Numbered from the stretch's first letter, positions 1 through 10,117 are shown. The stretch is 28,131 nucleotides of DNA from Dehalococcoidia bacterium (GCA_023129355.1 JAGMCC010000001.1:1-28131), one strand, 5' to 3'. Program-made: numbers and translations. Notes: generated from the sequence alone by a model not told the origin.

Positions 1-278
1 GAATTCATATCGAGTGCTTTGCCACTATTGGTCAGGTGGGCAATGTTGACCATCGGCATATTAAGCTTGGTAAAGCAGGTCGGAAAAGGCACCTGGGGAT
101 CCGCTCTACAGTGCGCGGCTCGGTGATGAGCCCCAGGGATCACCCCCATGGCGGGGGAGAGGGGAAATCCCCTATAGGTTTGCCTGGTCCCAAGACCCCC
201 TGGGGGAAGCCGGCTATGGGCTATACTACCCGCAGAAACAAGCTCACCGACAGCATGATCGTGAAGCGGAGGAAGTAA
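1..278 (+). CDS. rplB: 50S ribosomal protein uL2, C-terminal part (5' truncated by window edge)
   Basis: Open frame from base 3: [14 protein letters not shown]...[23 protein letters not shown], the uL2 C-terminal signature; directly upstream of rpsS. Confidence 0.98.
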   Translation, partial: IHIECFATIGQVGNVDHRHIKLGKAGRKRHLGIRSTVRGSVMSPRDHPHGGGEGKSPIGLPGPKTPWGKPAMGYTTRRNKLTDSMIVKRRK

Positions 279-367
279 GGGGAAGTAAATCTAAGATGTT
301 AGTAGTGCAATTAACAGAGATACTATCGATCTTTAGCAGCTTGGCGCGCAGGTGAGAGGTCGGAAAA

Positions 368-667
368 ATGTCCAGATCCTCTAAGAAGGGACCCTTTGTC
401 GACTCGAAACTGGTGAAGAAGGTGGAGGCACTCAATCAATCGGGAGAGAAGGCAGTGCTCAAGACCTGGTCACGTGCCTCGACTATTCTTCCCGAGATGA
501 TCGGACACACCATCGGGGTGCACGATGGCAGGCGGCATGTACCTATCTTTATTACCGAGAATATGGTGGGTCACAAGCTAGGCGAATTTGCCTTCACCAG
601 ATCCTTCAGGGGGCATTCCGCTAAGTCGGAGAGGGTGGCCACTTTTAAGAAGCGGACAAAGAAGTAG
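368..667 (+). CDS. rpsS: 30S ribosomal protein uS19
   Basis: [12 protein letters not shown]...[26 protein letters not shown]...GHKLGEF; operon position. Confidence 0.98.
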   Translation: MSRSSKKGPFVDSKLVKKVEALNQSGEKAVLKTWSRASTILPEMIGHTIGVHDGRRHVPIFITENMVGHKLGEFAFTRSFRGHSAKSERVATFKKRTKK

Positions 668-672
668 GCATT

Positions 673-1008
673 ATGGAGGTAAGGGCTACCGCAAGATATG
701 TAAGGACATCGCCTCGCAAACTGCGACCTATTGTGGGTGTGGTGCGGGGTAAGAAGGTGGAGGAGGCGTTGACTATTCTCAGATTCCTGCCCTCGCCGTC
801 GGCCCGCACTGTAGCCAGGGTGGTAAAGTCAGCCGCAGCCAATGCCGAGAACAACTTCGAGATGACGCAATCGGATCTGAGGATTGTAAAGATCTATATC
901 GATGGGGGACGGAGCATGAAGCGCTATCGCGCAGGACCAAGGGGGCGGGTAAAACCGATCCTCAAACGCTCCAGCCATATCACCGTGATAGTTAAAGAGG
1001 AGGAATGA
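673..1008 (+). CDS. rplV: 50S ribosomal protein uL22
   Basis: ATARYVRTSPRKLR...SAAANAENN...KRSSHITV. Confidence 0.98.
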   Translation: MEVRATARYVRTSPRKLRPIVGVVRGKKVEEALTILRFLPSPSARTVARVVKSAAANAENNFEMTQSDLRIVKIYIDGGRSMKRYRAGPRGRVKPILKRSSHITVIVKEEE

Positions 1009-2037
1009 TTGGGTCAAAAGGTTCACCCGGTAGGATTTAGGCTCGGTGTGAGCAAGGATTGGCAGGCAAAGTGGTATGCCGATAGAAACTATACCGAGCT
1101 ATTGCAGGAGGATCTCAAGATCCGAGCAGCAATTGCGTCGAAGTATGCGGCGGATGATGTATCGCGCGTTGACATCGAGCGTGCTGCCAAGCAGGTGACA
1201 GTGACCGTCTTTACGGCTAGGCCCGGGATCGTTATCGGCAGAGGAGGGCAGCGGGTCGATGTGATGAGGCGTATTTTGGAGCAGGTCGCCGGAAAACGAG
1301 TACGCCTGAACATCATGGAGGTTGCACGACCCGAGCAGGATGCTTATCTGGTGGCCAGGAGTATTGCTCAGCAGATTCAGCGGCGCATTTCTCATCGGCG
1401 TGCCATGAAGCAGTCAATCTCTCGGGCTATGGATAGTGGTGCCCAGGGGATAAAGGTACGCTGCTCAGGTAGACTTACTGGCTCCGAGTATTCGAGGAAA
1501 GAGACATTGTATCAGGGGAGGGTGCCCCTTCATACGCTACGTGCCGATATCGACTACGCCCAGGTTGTGGCACACACCACTCTGGGCTGTACTGGAATCA
1601 AGGTTTGGATATATAAAGGCGACATAATCTCAGAGGCTGAAAAACGCCACGCCGAAGCCCCGCCGGTAGTGCCACATATGGAAGGAGAAGGGCTGGTGGA
1701 GGAGGTTAAGGTGGAGGAAGGGGTTAAGGTAGAGGAGGGGGTTAAGGTAGAGGAGGAGGTGAAGGTAGAGGAGGAGGCTAAGGTGGAGGAGGAGGTGAAG
1801 GTGGAGGAGGAGGTTAAGGTGGAGGAGGGGGTTAGGGTAAAGGAGAAGCCTAAGGCAAAGGAGAAGGCTAAGGCAAAGGAGAAGCCTAAGGTAAAAGAGA
1901 AGCCTAAGACCAAAGAGAAGCCTAATGTAAAGGAGAAGCCTAAGACCAAAGAGAAGCCTAAGGCAAAGGAGAAGCCTAAGACCAAAGAGAAGCCTAAGGC
2001 AAAGGAGAAGGCTGAGATAGAGACGCCCGAGGACTAA
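1009..2037 (+). CDS. rpsC: 30S ribosomal protein uS3 with long repetitive C-terminal extension
   Basis: MGQKVHPVGFRLG...GIKVRCSGRL...VPLHTLRADIDY...GIKVWIYKG. TTG start directly after the rplV TGA, SD GAGGAGG 5 nt upstream; about 130 extra residues after the core. Confidence 0.97.
   Translation: MGQKVHPVGFRLGVSKDWQAKWYADRNYTELLQEDLKIRAAIASKYAADDVSRVDIERAAKQVTVTVFTARPGIVIGRGGQRVDVMRRILEQVAGKRVRLNIMEVARPEQDAYLVARSIAQQIQRRISHRRAMKQSISRAMDSGAQGIKVRCSGRLTGSEYSRKETLYQGRVPLHTLRADIDYAQVVAHTTLGCTGIKVWIYKGDIISEAEKRHAEAPPVVPHMEGEGLVEEVKVEEGVKVEEGVKVEEEVKVEEEAKVEEEVKVEEEVKVEEGVRVKEKPKAKEKAKAKEKPKVKEKPKTKEKPNVKEKPKTKEKPKAKEKPKTKEKPKAKEKAEIETPED
1696..2019 (+). repeat. In-frame 18-bp tandem repeat: 8 acidic units (EE[G/E]VKV-like, 1696-1839) then 9 basic units (KEKPK[A/T/V]-like, 1840-2001) plus one degenerate unit
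   Basis: Read directly: unbroken 18-bp/6-aa register across both blocks, e.g. gaggaggaggtgaaggta and aaggagaagcctaaggca. Confidence 0.95.
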
Positions 2038-2069
2038 GAGGGACAGCGCGCTGAGTAAGGGATAGGATC

Positions 2070-2504
2070 ATGTTACAGCCGAGGAGAGTCAAATATCGAA
2101 AACAGCATCGTGGTCGTCGACGGGGGGTGGCTCAGGCGGGCAATAGCATCTCCTTTGGCGAGTTTGGGCTTCAAGCCCAGGGGGCTTGCTGGCTTACGTC
2201 AAGGCAGATCGAGGCGGCACGGCGTGCCATTATTCGCTATGTGAGGCGTGGTGGCAAGGTTTGGATCCGAGTCTTTCCCGATAAACCGGTGACCTCAAAA
2301 CCTGCTGAGACTCGCATGGGCAGTGGCAAGGGCGCGGTGGACCATTGGGTTTGTGTAACCAAACCGGGGAGGATCCTCTTTGAGATCGCTGGGGTCAAAG
2401 AGGAAGCGGCCAGGGAAGCGATGCGCTTAGCCTCCCATAAACTCCCCATCCCTACCAGGTTTGTGCGCCGGGACACCGATGTCCCTTACAAGGAGGGTTC
2501 ATAG
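2070..2504 (+). CDS. rplP: 50S ribosomal protein uL16
   Basis: [15 protein letters not shown]...IEAARRAI...RMGSGKG...LASHKLP. Confidence 0.98.
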   Translation: MLQPRRVKYRKQHRGRRRGVAQAGNSISFGEFGLQAQGACWLTSRQIEAARRAIIRYVRRGGKVWIRVFPDKPVTSKPAETRMGSGKGAVDHWVCVTKPGRILFEIAGVKEEAAREAMRLASHKLPIPTRFVRRDTDVPYKEGS

Positions 2505-2505
2505 G

Positions 2506-2706
2506 TTGAAGATCCAGGAGATTAGAGCCTTTAGCTTGGAGGAGCTTAATAAGCAGCTTAACGATTCCTATAGAGAGCTATTTAATCTAAGATTTCGCCT
2601 GGCAACCAGACAACTGGTGAATTATCATGAGATCCGCAATGTACGGAAGAGGATCGCCCGGATTAAGACCATAATGAAGGAAATAGAGCTATCAATAGAG
2701 GAGTGA
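2506..2706 (+). CDS. rpmC: 50S ribosomal protein uL29
   Basis: TTG at 2506 behind SD AAGGAGGG gives [14 protein letters not shown]...[13 protein letters not shown]...IARIKTI; start moved from the ORF-track 2461. Confidence 0.95.
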   Translation: MKIQEIRAFSLEELNKQLNDSYRELFNLRFRLATRQLVNYHEIRNVRKRIARIKTIMKEIELSIEE

Positions 2707-2713
2707 GGGTGTC

Positions 2714-2983
2714 GTGGTAACGGAAGCTGACAAGAAAAGAAAAATCAAGATGGGTCGCGTGGTCAGCAACAAGATGGATAAGACTGTGGTGGTGACTGTG
2801 GAATCCTATAGGCCCCACCCACTATATAAGAAGCAGGTAAGGCGCATCAAAAAATTCAAGGCTCACGATGATCAAAATTCCTGTAATATCGGGGATGTAG
2901 TGCGGATCGAGGAAATGCGCCCCCTTTCTAAGGAGAAACGTTGGCGGGTGGTGGAGATAGTGTCTAAGGGTGAGTTAGTATGA
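2714..2983 (+). CDS. rpsQ: 30S ribosomal protein uS17
   Basis: [14 protein letters not shown]...HPLYKK...KAHD...[19 protein letters not shown]; GTG start. Confidence 0.97.
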   Translation: MVTEADKKRKIKMGRVVSNKMDKTVVVTVESYRPHPLYKKQVRRIKKFKAHDDQNSCNIGDVVRIEEMRPLSKEKRWRVVEIVSKGELV

Positions 2984-3348
2984 TTCAGCACATGACCAGG
3001 GTGAGGGTGGCCGATAACACCGGTGCCAAGAGCATCATGTGCATCAATGTCCCCGGTGGCACCCGGAAGAGATATGCTCGGGTCGGTGACATCATCGTAG
3101 CCTCGGTTAAGGAGGCGACGCCGGGAGGGGCGGTTAAGAGGGGTGAGGTGGTGCGGGCGGTGATCGTGCGCACCAGTAAGCCCTATCGGCGCAACGATGG
3201 TTCATATATCAGGTTCGATGAGAACGCTGCAGTGATCCTCACCGATAAGAATAATCCTAAAGGAACCCGCATCTTCGGTCCGGTGGCCCATGAGTTGAGG
3301 CAGAAGAACTTTATGAAGATCCTCTCCCTGGCTCCCGAGGTGCTATAA
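2980..3348 (+). CDS. rplN: 50S ribosomal protein uL14
   Basis: [17 protein letters not shown]...RFDENAAV...GTRIFGPV...LAPEVL. Confidence 0.98.
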   Translation: MIQHMTRVRVADNTGAKSIMCINVPGGTRKRYARVGDIIVASVKEATPGGAVKRGEVVRAVIVRTSKPYRRNDGSYIRFDENAAVILTDKNNPKGTRIFGPVAHELRQKNFMKILSLAPEVL

Positions 3349-3349
3349 G

Positions 3350-3661
3350 ATGAAGATAAGAAGAGATGATACCGTGGTCGTTATCGCCGGCAAGGATAAA
3401 GGGAAGAGGGGGAAGGTGCATCAGTCCCTTAAGAGGGAGAGCTGTGTAGTAGTGGAGGGTGTTAATATGGTGAAGCGACATACGAGGCCGCGGGGAACGG
3501 TGAGGCAAGCAGGCATCATTGAGCGGGAGGCCCCGCTCCATATTTCCAATGTGATGCTCTTGTGTCCCAAGTGTGATCATCCGGTGCGCCTCGGTTTTCG
3601 CATCCTGGAGGATGGTAGTAGGGTGAGGGTGTGCCGTCGCTGCCACGAGGTGATAGATTGA
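3350..3661 (+). CDS. rplX: 50S ribosomal protein uL24 (two CxxC motifs)
   Basis: [23 protein letters not shown] (KOW motif)...EAPLHISNV...CPKC...CRRC. Confidence 0.97.
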   Translation: MKIRRDDTVVVIAGKDKGKRGKVHQSLKRESCVVVEGVNMVKRHTRPRGTVRQAGIIEREAPLHISNVMLLCPKCDHPVRLGFRILEDGSRVRVCRRCHEVID

Positions 3662-4197
3662 TTTCCCGATTGAAGGAAAAGTATAAAAAAGAGATAATTC
3701 CCACTTTAATGAGCGAGTATGGCTATAAGAGTGTGATGCAGGCGCCTAGCCTTGAGAAGGTGGTGGTTAATATTGGCCTTGGGGAGGCGACGCAACAAGC
3801 CCACGTCCTGGAGGCGGCGGAGCGGGATCTGGCTGCCATCACCGGGCAGCACCCGGTGATTACTAGGGCGAAGCGGTCGATCGCAGGTTTTAAGCTGCGT
3901 CAGGGGATGCCTATTGGGATGATGGTAACATTGAGGGGAGATCGTATGTATGATTTCTTCGATAAGCTGGTGAACGTAACCCTGCCGCGCCTTCGCGACT
4001 TTCAGGGTATGCCTAGAGACTCCTTCGATGGCCGGGGCAATTACACACTGGGATTAAGGGAGCAGCTTATCTTCCCTGAGATCGAGTATGATAAGGTGGA
4101 CAAGGTACGGGGGCTGGAGATTTCGGTCGTCACCACAGCCCGCACCAATGAGGAAGGGTGTAGGCTTCTTGAGCTCATGGGCATGCCGTTCTCATGA
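3658..4197 (+). CDS. rplE: 50S ribosomal protein uL5
   Basis: TTG at 3658 overlaps the rplX stop (TTGA); RLKEKY...LEKVVVNIG...ITGQHP...[10 protein letters not shown]...RGLEI. Confidence 0.97.
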   Translation: MISRLKEKYKKEIIPTLMSEYGYKSVMQAPSLEKVVVNIGLGEATQQAHVLEAAERDLAAITGQHPVITRAKRSIAGFKLRQGMPIGMMVTLRGDRMYDFFDKLVNVTLPRLRDFQGMPRDSFDGRGNYTLGLREQLIFPEIEYDKVDKVRGLEISVVTTARTNEEGCRLLELMGMPFS

Positions 4198-4289
4198 GAG
4201 TTAAACAGGAATAAATAGTGGGAGGGGAGGTCAATCTAGTTGCCAAGGTTCTCTTTAGAGACTGGCGCTAAGGCGAAAAGAGTAGAGGA

Positions 4290-4475
4290 ATGGCGAAGGT
4301 ATCGAAGGTTGTAAAGGCGCAACGAGCACCAAGGTATAAAGTGCAAAAAAGGAATCGCTGTAGCCGTTGTGGCAGGCCGCGAGCCTATATACGCCAGTTT
4401 GGGCTGTGCCGCATATGCTTCAGGGAACTCGCTCTTCAGGGACAGATCCCCGGGGTGAGGAAGTCTAGCTGGTAG
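4290..4475 (+). CDS. rpsZ: 30S ribosomal protein uS14, type Z (zinc-binding)
   Basis: 61 aa; RCSRCGRPR...[11 protein letters not shown]...GVRKSSW. Confidence 0.97.
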   Translation: MAKVSKVVKAQRAPRYKVQKRNRCSRCGRPRAYIRQFGLCRICFRELALQGQIPGVRKSSW

Positions 4476-4486
4476 GAGGTGAAGCG

Positions 4487-4882
4487 ATGGTTACCGACCC
4501 TATCGCCGATATGCTAACCAGAATGAGGAATGCCATTCTCGCCAGGCACGACTTTACGCTCGTGCCTTCATCAAGAATGAAGCTCTCTATTGCCAAGATT
4601 CTCAGTGAGGAGGGTTTTATCAGGGATTACGAGGTCTTGAAGGGCAAGCCGCAGCGGGTAATTAAAGTATATCTCAAATATACGGAGAAGAAGGAGCCGG
4701 TGCTCACCGGACTCAAGCGAGTTTCCAAGCCCGGGCTCAGGATATATGTTAAGCGGAAGGAGATTCCCAGGGTTTGCGGGGGTCTTGGCATTGCGATTCT
4801 CTCCACCCCTAAAGGGGTGATGATGGGGCAGCAGGCGTGGCGCCAGGAGGTGGGCGGCGAGCTGCTTTGTTACATATGGTAA
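4487..4882 (+). CDS. rpsH: 30S ribosomal protein uS8
   Basis: [13 protein letters not shown]...[10 protein letters not shown]...ILSTPKGV...GGELLCYIW. Confidence 0.98.
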   Translation: MVTDPIADMLTRMRNAILARHDFTLVPSSRMKLSIAKILSEEGFIRDYEVLKGKPQRVIKVYLKYTEKKEPVLTGLKRVSKPGLRIYVKRKEIPRVCGGLGIAILSTPKGVMMGQQAWRQEVGGELLCYIW

Positions 4883-4894
4883 CGGAGGACATTG

Positions 4895-5446
4895 ATGTCT
4901 CGCATCGGACGGATGCCTATTCCATTGCCTCCAGGTGTTGAGGTCGAGATTAAAGGAAACAAGGTGCGGGTGAAGGGCCCCAATGGGGAGCTTTCCCGCT
5001 CCTTTGACCAGGCGATCGCTATTTCTTTGAACGAGGGTACGCTCACGGTCTCTCGACCGAGCGATAATCGAATTCATCGCTCGCTTCATGGACTAACCAG
5101 GAGCCTTATAGCCAACATGGTGGAGGGGGTGAGTAAGGGGTTTCAGAAGGACCTGGAGCTCGTTGGTGTCGGCTATCGTGCTCAAAACGTCGGCGAGAAG
5201 GTGGTGCTTCAGGTGGGTTACTCCCACCCTGTGGAGATTATCCCTCCCACAGGGGTATCGGTGATCGTAGCGGAGGTGCAGCGCATCAGTGTTCGGGGCA
5301 TCGATAAGCAAATGGTAGGGGACGTAGCGGCGAAGATTCGCGCCGTAAGGCCTCCAGATCACTACAAAGGCAAGGGGATAAGATATGCCGGTGAGCGGGT
5401 TCGACTCAAGCCAGGAAAATCAGGGAAGGTTGGTGCCAAGAGGTAA
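4895..5446 (+). CDS. rplF: 50S ribosomal protein uL6
   Basis: ATG at 4895 behind GGAGG; MSRIGRMPI...VKGPNGEL...GVGYRA...[13 protein letters not shown]. Confidence 0.98.
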   Translation: MSRIGRMPIPLPPGVEVEIKGNKVRVKGPNGELSRSFDQAIAISLNEGTLTVSRPSDNRIHRSLHGLTRSLIANMVEGVSKGFQKDLELVGVGYRAQNVGEKVVLQVGYSHPVEIIPPTGVSVIVAEVQRISVRGIDKQMVGDVAAKIRAVRPPDHYKGKGIRYAGERVRLKPGKSGKVGAKR

Positions 5447-5811
5447 TGCGCAGAAAAGATGCCGAAACGGCACGCCAAAGAATACATGCCCGGGTGAGGA
5501 GGAAGGTTTCGGGCACCGCGGAGCGTCCTCGCCTATGTGTTTTCCGTAGCCTGAGCCATGTATATGCCCAGGTGATCGATGATAAGCTGGGTCATACCAT
5601 TGTCTCGGCATCGACCCTGGATCCGGGGATAAGGTCTGAGTCGGATGGGAAGCGGAAGGTGGCAGCGGCAGCGCTTGTGGGCGAGCTGGTAGCTAGGCGG
5701 GCTGTGGAGCGGGGAATCACCGAGGTGGTATTTGACCGAGGCGGACACAAGTATCATGGCAGAGTAAAAGCCCTGGCGGAGGCTGCGAGAGAGGGAGGAT
5801 TGGAGTTTTAG
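5446..5811 (+). CDS. rplR: 50S ribosomal protein uL18
   Basis: [20 protein letters not shown]...[28 protein letters not shown]. Confidence 0.98.
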   Translation: MRRKDAETARQRIHARVRRKVSGTAERPRLCVFRSLSHVYAQVIDDKLGHTIVSASTLDPGIRSESDGKRKVAAAALVGELVARRAVERGITEVVFDRGGHKYHGRVKALAEAAREGGLEF

Positions 5812-6318
5812 ATGGAGGGGATTGATCACAGCGAATTAGACCTGAATGAGAAACTTGTCAATATAAAGCGCGTGGCCAAGGTGGTGAAAGGAGGGAGGCG
5901 ATTTAGTTTTACTGCATTGGTGGTCGTGGGCGATGGTAATGGGCATGTGGGTGCTGGATTGGGCAGAGCAAAGGAGATACCTGAAGCCATCCGAAAGGGA
6001 GGCACCATTGCTCGCAAACAACTGATCAGCGTGCCGATGAAGGATGGCACCATTCCCTATGAGATAGTGGCCAGGTATGGGGCGGCGAAGGTGCTCCTCA
6101 AGCCAGCAGCTCCGGGAACAGGGTTGATCGCTGGTGGTGGGGTGCGCGCGGTGCTGGAGCTTGCCGGGATCACAGACATCCTCACCAAGTCCCAAGGGAG
6201 CGCTAACAAGATAAACGTGGTGCGAGCCACAGTACTGGGGCTCAGCCAGTTAAGGGATCCTCGGGAGGAGGTGGCGAAGCGAAAGTCGAAGCCCCCGGGT
6301 GAGGTATCCATTGGCTAA
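5812..6318 (+). CDS. rpsE: 30S ribosomal protein uS5
   Basis: [23 protein letters not shown]...[12 protein letters not shown]. Confidence 0.98.
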   Translation: MEGIDHSELDLNEKLVNIKRVAKVVKGGRRFSFTALVVVGDGNGHVGAGLGRAKEIPEAIRKGGTIARKQLISVPMKDGTIPYEIVARYGAAKVLLKPAAPGTGLIAGGGVRAVLELAGITDILTKSQGSANKINVVRATVLGLSQLRDPREEVAKRKSKPPGEVSIG

Positions 6319-6502
6319 GTTGATAGTCACTTGGGTAAAAAGCGGCATTGGCCACCCTAGGGATCAGAGGCGGACACTCCAGGCTTTAGGGTTTCATCGC
6401 CTGAACCAGACCGTTGAGCACGATGATTCGCCAGCGATTCGTGGGATGATCATGAAGGTAAGGCATCTGGTAACCGTGGAGGAGAGCGGTGAGGCAGAAT
6501 GA
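6311..6502 (+). CDS. rpmD: 50S ribosomal protein uL30
   Basis: TTG at 6311 behind GAGGT; [12 protein letters not shown]...TLQALG...[12 protein letters not shown]. Confidence 0.95.
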   Translation: MAKLIVTWVKSGIGHPRDQRRTLQALGFHRLNQTVEHDDSPAIRGMIMKVRHLVTVEESGEAE

Positions 6503-6959
6503 ACTGGCCCCATCCCCCGGGGCGAAACATAGTAGTAAGAGAATCGGACGAGGCCTCGGCAGCGGGCATGGTAGGACCGCTGGAAAGGGCACCAAGGGGC
6601 AGAAGGCGCGTGCAGGGTATAAGATGCGCCCCGGCTTTGAGGGAGGGCAGAACCCGTTGACCAAACGTCTGCCTGAACAGCGGGGCTTTACCAATATATT
6701 TAGGATAGAATATGCGACCATCAATGTCGCCCGCCTTAATCGCTTTGAGGCGGAGAGCGAGGTAACGCCACAGCAGTTGGTGGCGGAAGGGCTGGTAAAG
6801 TCGCTGAAGCAGCCGATAAAGATTCTCGGCGATGGCGAACTTCAAAAACCTCTCACCGTGAGGGCCAATAAGTTCACGCAACCGGCAAGGAGAAAGATCG
6901 AAGCGGCTGGAGGAAAGGCAGAGGAAATTAATAGTGACTCAAGAGCGAAGAGACACTAG
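6489..6959 (+). CDS. rplO: 50S ribosomal protein uL15
   Basis: RIGRGLGSGHGRTAGKGTKGQKARAG...FEGGQNPL...KILGDG...IEAAGG. Confidence 0.98.
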   Translation: MRQNELAPSPGAKHSSKRIGRGLGSGHGRTAGKGTKGQKARAGYKMRPGFEGGQNPLTKRLPEQRGFTNIFRIEYATINVARLNRFEAESEVTPQQLVAEGLVKSLKQPIKILGDGELQKPLTVRANKFTQPARRKIEAAGGKAEEINSDSRAKRH

Positions 6960-8274
6960 GCCCAAGCTGCTTCAGGCAATGATCGATGCCTTTGGTCAGG
7001 CGGACCTGAGGAAGAAGATCCTGATTACCCTGGGCCTTCTGGTAATTTTCCGCTTTGTTGCCCACGTACCTATGCCCGGCGCGGATGTTGAAGCCATGCG
7101 CGAGTTCCTGGGAGGGGGCAGCAGCGTCGGGGCACTGGTGGGAATGATGGACCTCTTCAGCGGCGGGGCGATGAGGAACATGAGCATAGCCGCTATGGGG
7201 GTCTATCCCTATATCACCGCAGTTATTATCATGCAGCTCATGGTGCCGGTGATCCCTCGCCTGCAGGCAATTGCTCGGGAGGGGGAGGCGGGGAGGGCGA
7301 GGATTAACCTGTACACTCACTGGCTAACCGTGCCCTTGGCAGCCCTCCAGGGTTACGGTCAGTTGATAATGCTACAGGGGCAGGGCATCTTCCCCGCGAA
7401 TAGTATCGGCTTCTCCGGGGATGCGCTCATTCCCACAGTCACCATGGTGCTGGCAATGACCGCAGGGACGATGTTCCTTGTGTGGCTGGGGGAGCTGATC
7501 ACCGAATATGGCATTGGTAATGGCATTTCCCTGATAATCTTTGCTGGAATCGTTGCCAGCTTGCCGGAGATGATTGGAAGAGGCTACCTGGCTGGAGGGG
7601 AACTGTGGGGATTATTCATTTTCCTCGGCTTAGCCCTGGCCATTCTGGTCACTATCGTTATCTTTACCGAGGCTCACCGCCGCATTCCGGTGCAGTATGC
7701 CAGGAGCCTGTATCGTGGGGGGCGGATGTATCGGCAATCTGGTGGCACCCACATTCCAATTAGAGTAAACTCGGCGGGGATGATTCCAGTGATCTTCGCC
7801 ATGGCGCTGCTGATCTTCCCCGGGGTGGTCGCCAGCTTCTTCGCCGCTCCACCGGGTGAGGCTGCCAATTTCGCCAACACCATTCAGAATCTCTTCTCCT
7901 CGACAAGCGGGTTATATTGGGCAATGTACTTTTTCCTGGTACTGGGCTTCACCTTCTTCTATGCCATGATAATCTTTCAACAGCAAAACCTAGGGGAGAC
8001 ACTGCAGCGGCAGGGGGCTTTCGTGCCTGGAATTCGCCCGGGCAGGACCACCCAGCAATTCCTTAATCGGGTGATCACCAGGATCACCTGGGGTGGCGCC
8101 CTGTTTCTAGCCTTTGTGGCAATATCGCCCTTTATTGTTCAAAATATAACCGGCGTTCAGGTTTTGATTTTACCATCCATCGGCATGCTAATTGTGGTCG
8201 GTGTGGCCCTGGATACAATGAGGCAACTGGAGGCTCAGCTCATGATGCGCCGCTATGAAGGTTTTCTAAAGTAA
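6934..8274 (+). CDS. secY: Preprotein translocase subunit SecY
   Basis: Multiple hydrophobic segments; GVYPYITA, GIGNGISLIIFAGI, IPGIRPG-like VPGIRPG. The start could also be the ATG at 6979. Confidence 0.97.
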   Translation: MTQERRDTRPKLLQAMIDAFGQADLRKKILITLGLLVIFRFVAHVPMPGADVEAMREFLGGGSSVGALVGMMDLFSGGAMRNMSIAAMGVYPYITAVIIMQLMVPVIPRLQAIAREGEAGRARINLYTHWLTVPLAALQGYGQLIMLQGQGIFPANSIGFSGDALIPTVTMVLAMTAGTMFLVWLGELITEYGIGNGISLIIFAGIVASLPEMIGRGYLAGGELWGLFIFLGLALAILVTIVIFTEAHRRIPVQYARSLYRGGRMYRQSGGTHIPIRVNSAGMIPVIFAMALLIFPGVVASFFAAPPGEAANFANTIQNLFSSTSGLYWAMYFFLVLGFTFFYAMIIFQQQNLGETLQRQGAFVPGIRPGRTTQQFLNRVITRITWGGALFLAFVAISPFIVQNITGVQVLILPSIGMLIVVGVALDTMRQLEAQLMMRRYEGFLK

Positions 8275-8286
8275 GGATGGTTTCGT

Positions 8287-8934
8287 ATGCGTTCTGTGCT
8301 TTTGGGTGCCCCGGGCTCGGGGAAGGGGACCCAGGCGGGAATAATTTCTGAGAGGCTGGGCATTGCTCATGTTGCCTCCGGCGACCTGTTTCGTGAGGCG
8401 GCAAGTAGGGGGGATGAGGTGGGGAGGCAGGCGAAGTCTTACATGGAAAAGGGGCTCCTGGTTCCTGACGAGATAACGATCAGGATGATACTGGAGCGCG
8501 TTGCCGCTCCGGATTGTGCTAGAGGGTTTATCCTCGATGGCTTCCCCAGAACCTTGGAACAAGCCAAGGCCCTGGATATGGCGCTGGGGGAAAGGGGGGA
8601 GGCTATTGATCGGGTGTTTTATATCAAGGTTGCCACAGAGGAGCTGGTGAGGCGCTTGAGCGGTCGGTTTATCTGTCGAAGCTGCCAGACACCCTATCAC
8701 CCGGTATCCTCACCGCCAGAGGTAGCGGACAGGTGTGACCGGTGCGGCGGCGAGCTTTATCAGCGCCCCGATGATTTACCCGAGACGGTAAAAAAGCGAA
8801 TTGAGGTCTACTTTGCGGAGACGGCACCGCTCATCGACTACTATGAGGAAGCGGGCAAACTGGTGGAGATCAATGGACAGGGGGAGATCAGCGAGATAAG
8901 CGAGAGGCTTGTCGCGGCCCTCCCCCAGGATTGA
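8287..8934 (+). CDS. adk: Adenylate kinase (zinc-lid type)
   Basis: GAPGSGKGTQA, FILDGFPRT, LID CRSC...CDRCGGELYQRPDD. Confidence 0.98.
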   Translation: MRSVLLGAPGSGKGTQAGIISERLGIAHVASGDLFREAASRGDEVGRQAKSYMEKGLLVPDEITIRMILERVAAPDCARGFILDGFPRTLEQAKALDMALGERGEAIDRVFYIKVATEELVRRLSGRFICRSCQTPYHPVSSPPEVADRCDRCGGELYQRPDDLPETVKKRIEVYFAETAPLIDYYEEAGKLVEINGQGEISEISERLVAALPQD

Positions 8935-8935
8935 A

Positions 8936-9688
8936 ATGGGAATAATCGTTAAATCGTCACAGGAGATTGACATCATGCGAAAGGCGGGGAGGATTGTGGC
9001 TGCTATACTTGATGTGTTGAAGAAAAGGATTGAACCTGGTATTATCACTGAGGAATTGGACACCATTACGGTTCACGAACTGAGTCGGCATGGTGCCACT
9101 TCATCCTTTAAAGGATACCGGGGCTTCCCTGCCAGCTTGTGCGTCTCCGTTAATGAGGAACTGGTTCATGGCATCCCGGGGAAGCGTGTACTTGAGGAAG
9201 GGGATATTGTTTCTTTAGATTTCGGCGCGCTGTTTAAGGGCTTTCATGGCGATGCTGCTATCACTGTAGGGGTGGGGCGGATCAGCCCCAATGCCAAGGC
9301 GCTTCTGGAGGCAACCGAGGGGGCGCTGAGCGCGGGGATCGCTAGTGCCCGAAGTGGCGCCCGTTTAGGGGATATCTCGGCGGCGATCCAGTCATTTGCA
9401 GAATCGAGAGGTTTCTCTGTAGTGCGTGAATATGTTGGACATGGCATCGGCCGCCAGATGCACGAAGACCCCCAGATACCAAATTACGGTTCCCCAGGGC
9501 AGGGACCCTTTCTCCAAAGGGGGATGACCCTGGCTCTGGAACCCATGGTGAATGCTGGAGGATGGCGCACTAAAGTATACGGCGATGGGTGGACCGTAGT
9601 TACCGCCGATGGTAGCCTCTGCGCGCATTTCGAGAATACTATTGCGATCGAGGACAGCGGGGCAGAGATACTCACCAGTCTTGGTTAG
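8936..9688 (+). CDS. map: Methionine aminopeptidase type I
   Basis: SVNEELVHGIP, SLDFG...HGDAA, GHGIGRQMHEDP, LALEPMVN, HFENTI; start set at ATG 8936. Confidence 0.96.
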   Translation: MGIIVKSSQEIDIMRKAGRIVAAILDVLKKRIEPGIITEELDTITVHELSRHGATSSFKGYRGFPASLCVSVNEELVHGIPGKRVLEEGDIVSLDFGALFKGFHGDAAITVGVGRISPNAKALLEATEGALSAGIASARSGARLGDISAAIQSFAESRGFSVVREYVGHGIGRQMHEDPQIPNYGSPGQGPFLQRGMTLALEPMVNAGGWRTKVYGDGWTVVTADGSLCAHFENTIAIEDSGAEILTSLG

Positions 9689-9697
9689 GCGTAAGAT

Positions 9698-9916
9698 ATG
9701 CCCAAGAAGGAAGCTATTGAGGTCGAGGGGAAAGTGGTTGAGCCTTTGCCAAACACTATGTTCCGTGTCGAGCTGGCCAATGGGCACAAGGTGCTGGCAC
9801 ATATATCAGGTAAGATGAGAATACATTACATCAAGATCCTTCCTGGCGATAAGGTATTGGTGGAGCTTTCCCCATATGACCTAAGCAGGGGCAGGATTAC
9901 CTATCGTTTTAGATAG
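9698..9916 (+). CDS. infA: Translation initiation factor IF-1
   Basis: [17 protein letters not shown]...AHISGKMR...[15 protein letters not shown]. Confidence 0.99.
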   Translation: MPKKEAIEVEGKVVEPLPNTMFRVELANGHKVLAHISGKMRIHYIKILPGDKVLVELSPYDLSRGRITYRFR

Positions 9917-9943
9917 ATTTATGTGTGGCGTAGGTGGCGAAGA

Positions 9944-10057
9944 ATGAAGGTTCGAGCTTCAGTTAAACGGCGATGTGAAAAGTGTAAGGTGGTGAAGAGA
10001 AAGGGCGTGGTCCGGGTAATCTGCGAGAACCCAAGACATAAGCAGAGGCAGGGATAG
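9944..10057 (+). CDS. rpmJ: 50S ribosomal protein bL36 (below ORF-track size cutoff)
   Basis: Hand translation: [37 protein letters not shown], between infA and rpsM. Confidence 0.98.
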   Translation: MKVRASVKRRCEKCKVVKRKGVVRVICENPRHKQRQG

Positions 10058-10117
10058 TTTTCTTTTTTCGGCTGGGGTAAAGCAAGTAGATAGGGGCGAA
10101 ACGAGAAGGATCAAAAG

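Noticed and set aside
1554-1985. 143-aa minus-strand ORF of LGFSF/SSTLT repeats
   Set aside because: Antisense shadow of the rpsC repeat; a purine-rich + strand gives few stops on the opposite strand.
1696-2019. rpsC repeat as a CRISPR array
   Set aside because: Units are contiguous, in frame and have no unique spacers; no cas genes.
10058-10117. E. coli-type alpha-operon pseudoknot upstream of rpsM
   Set aside because: Only weak U-rich/A-rich complementarity; no convincing structure by eye.
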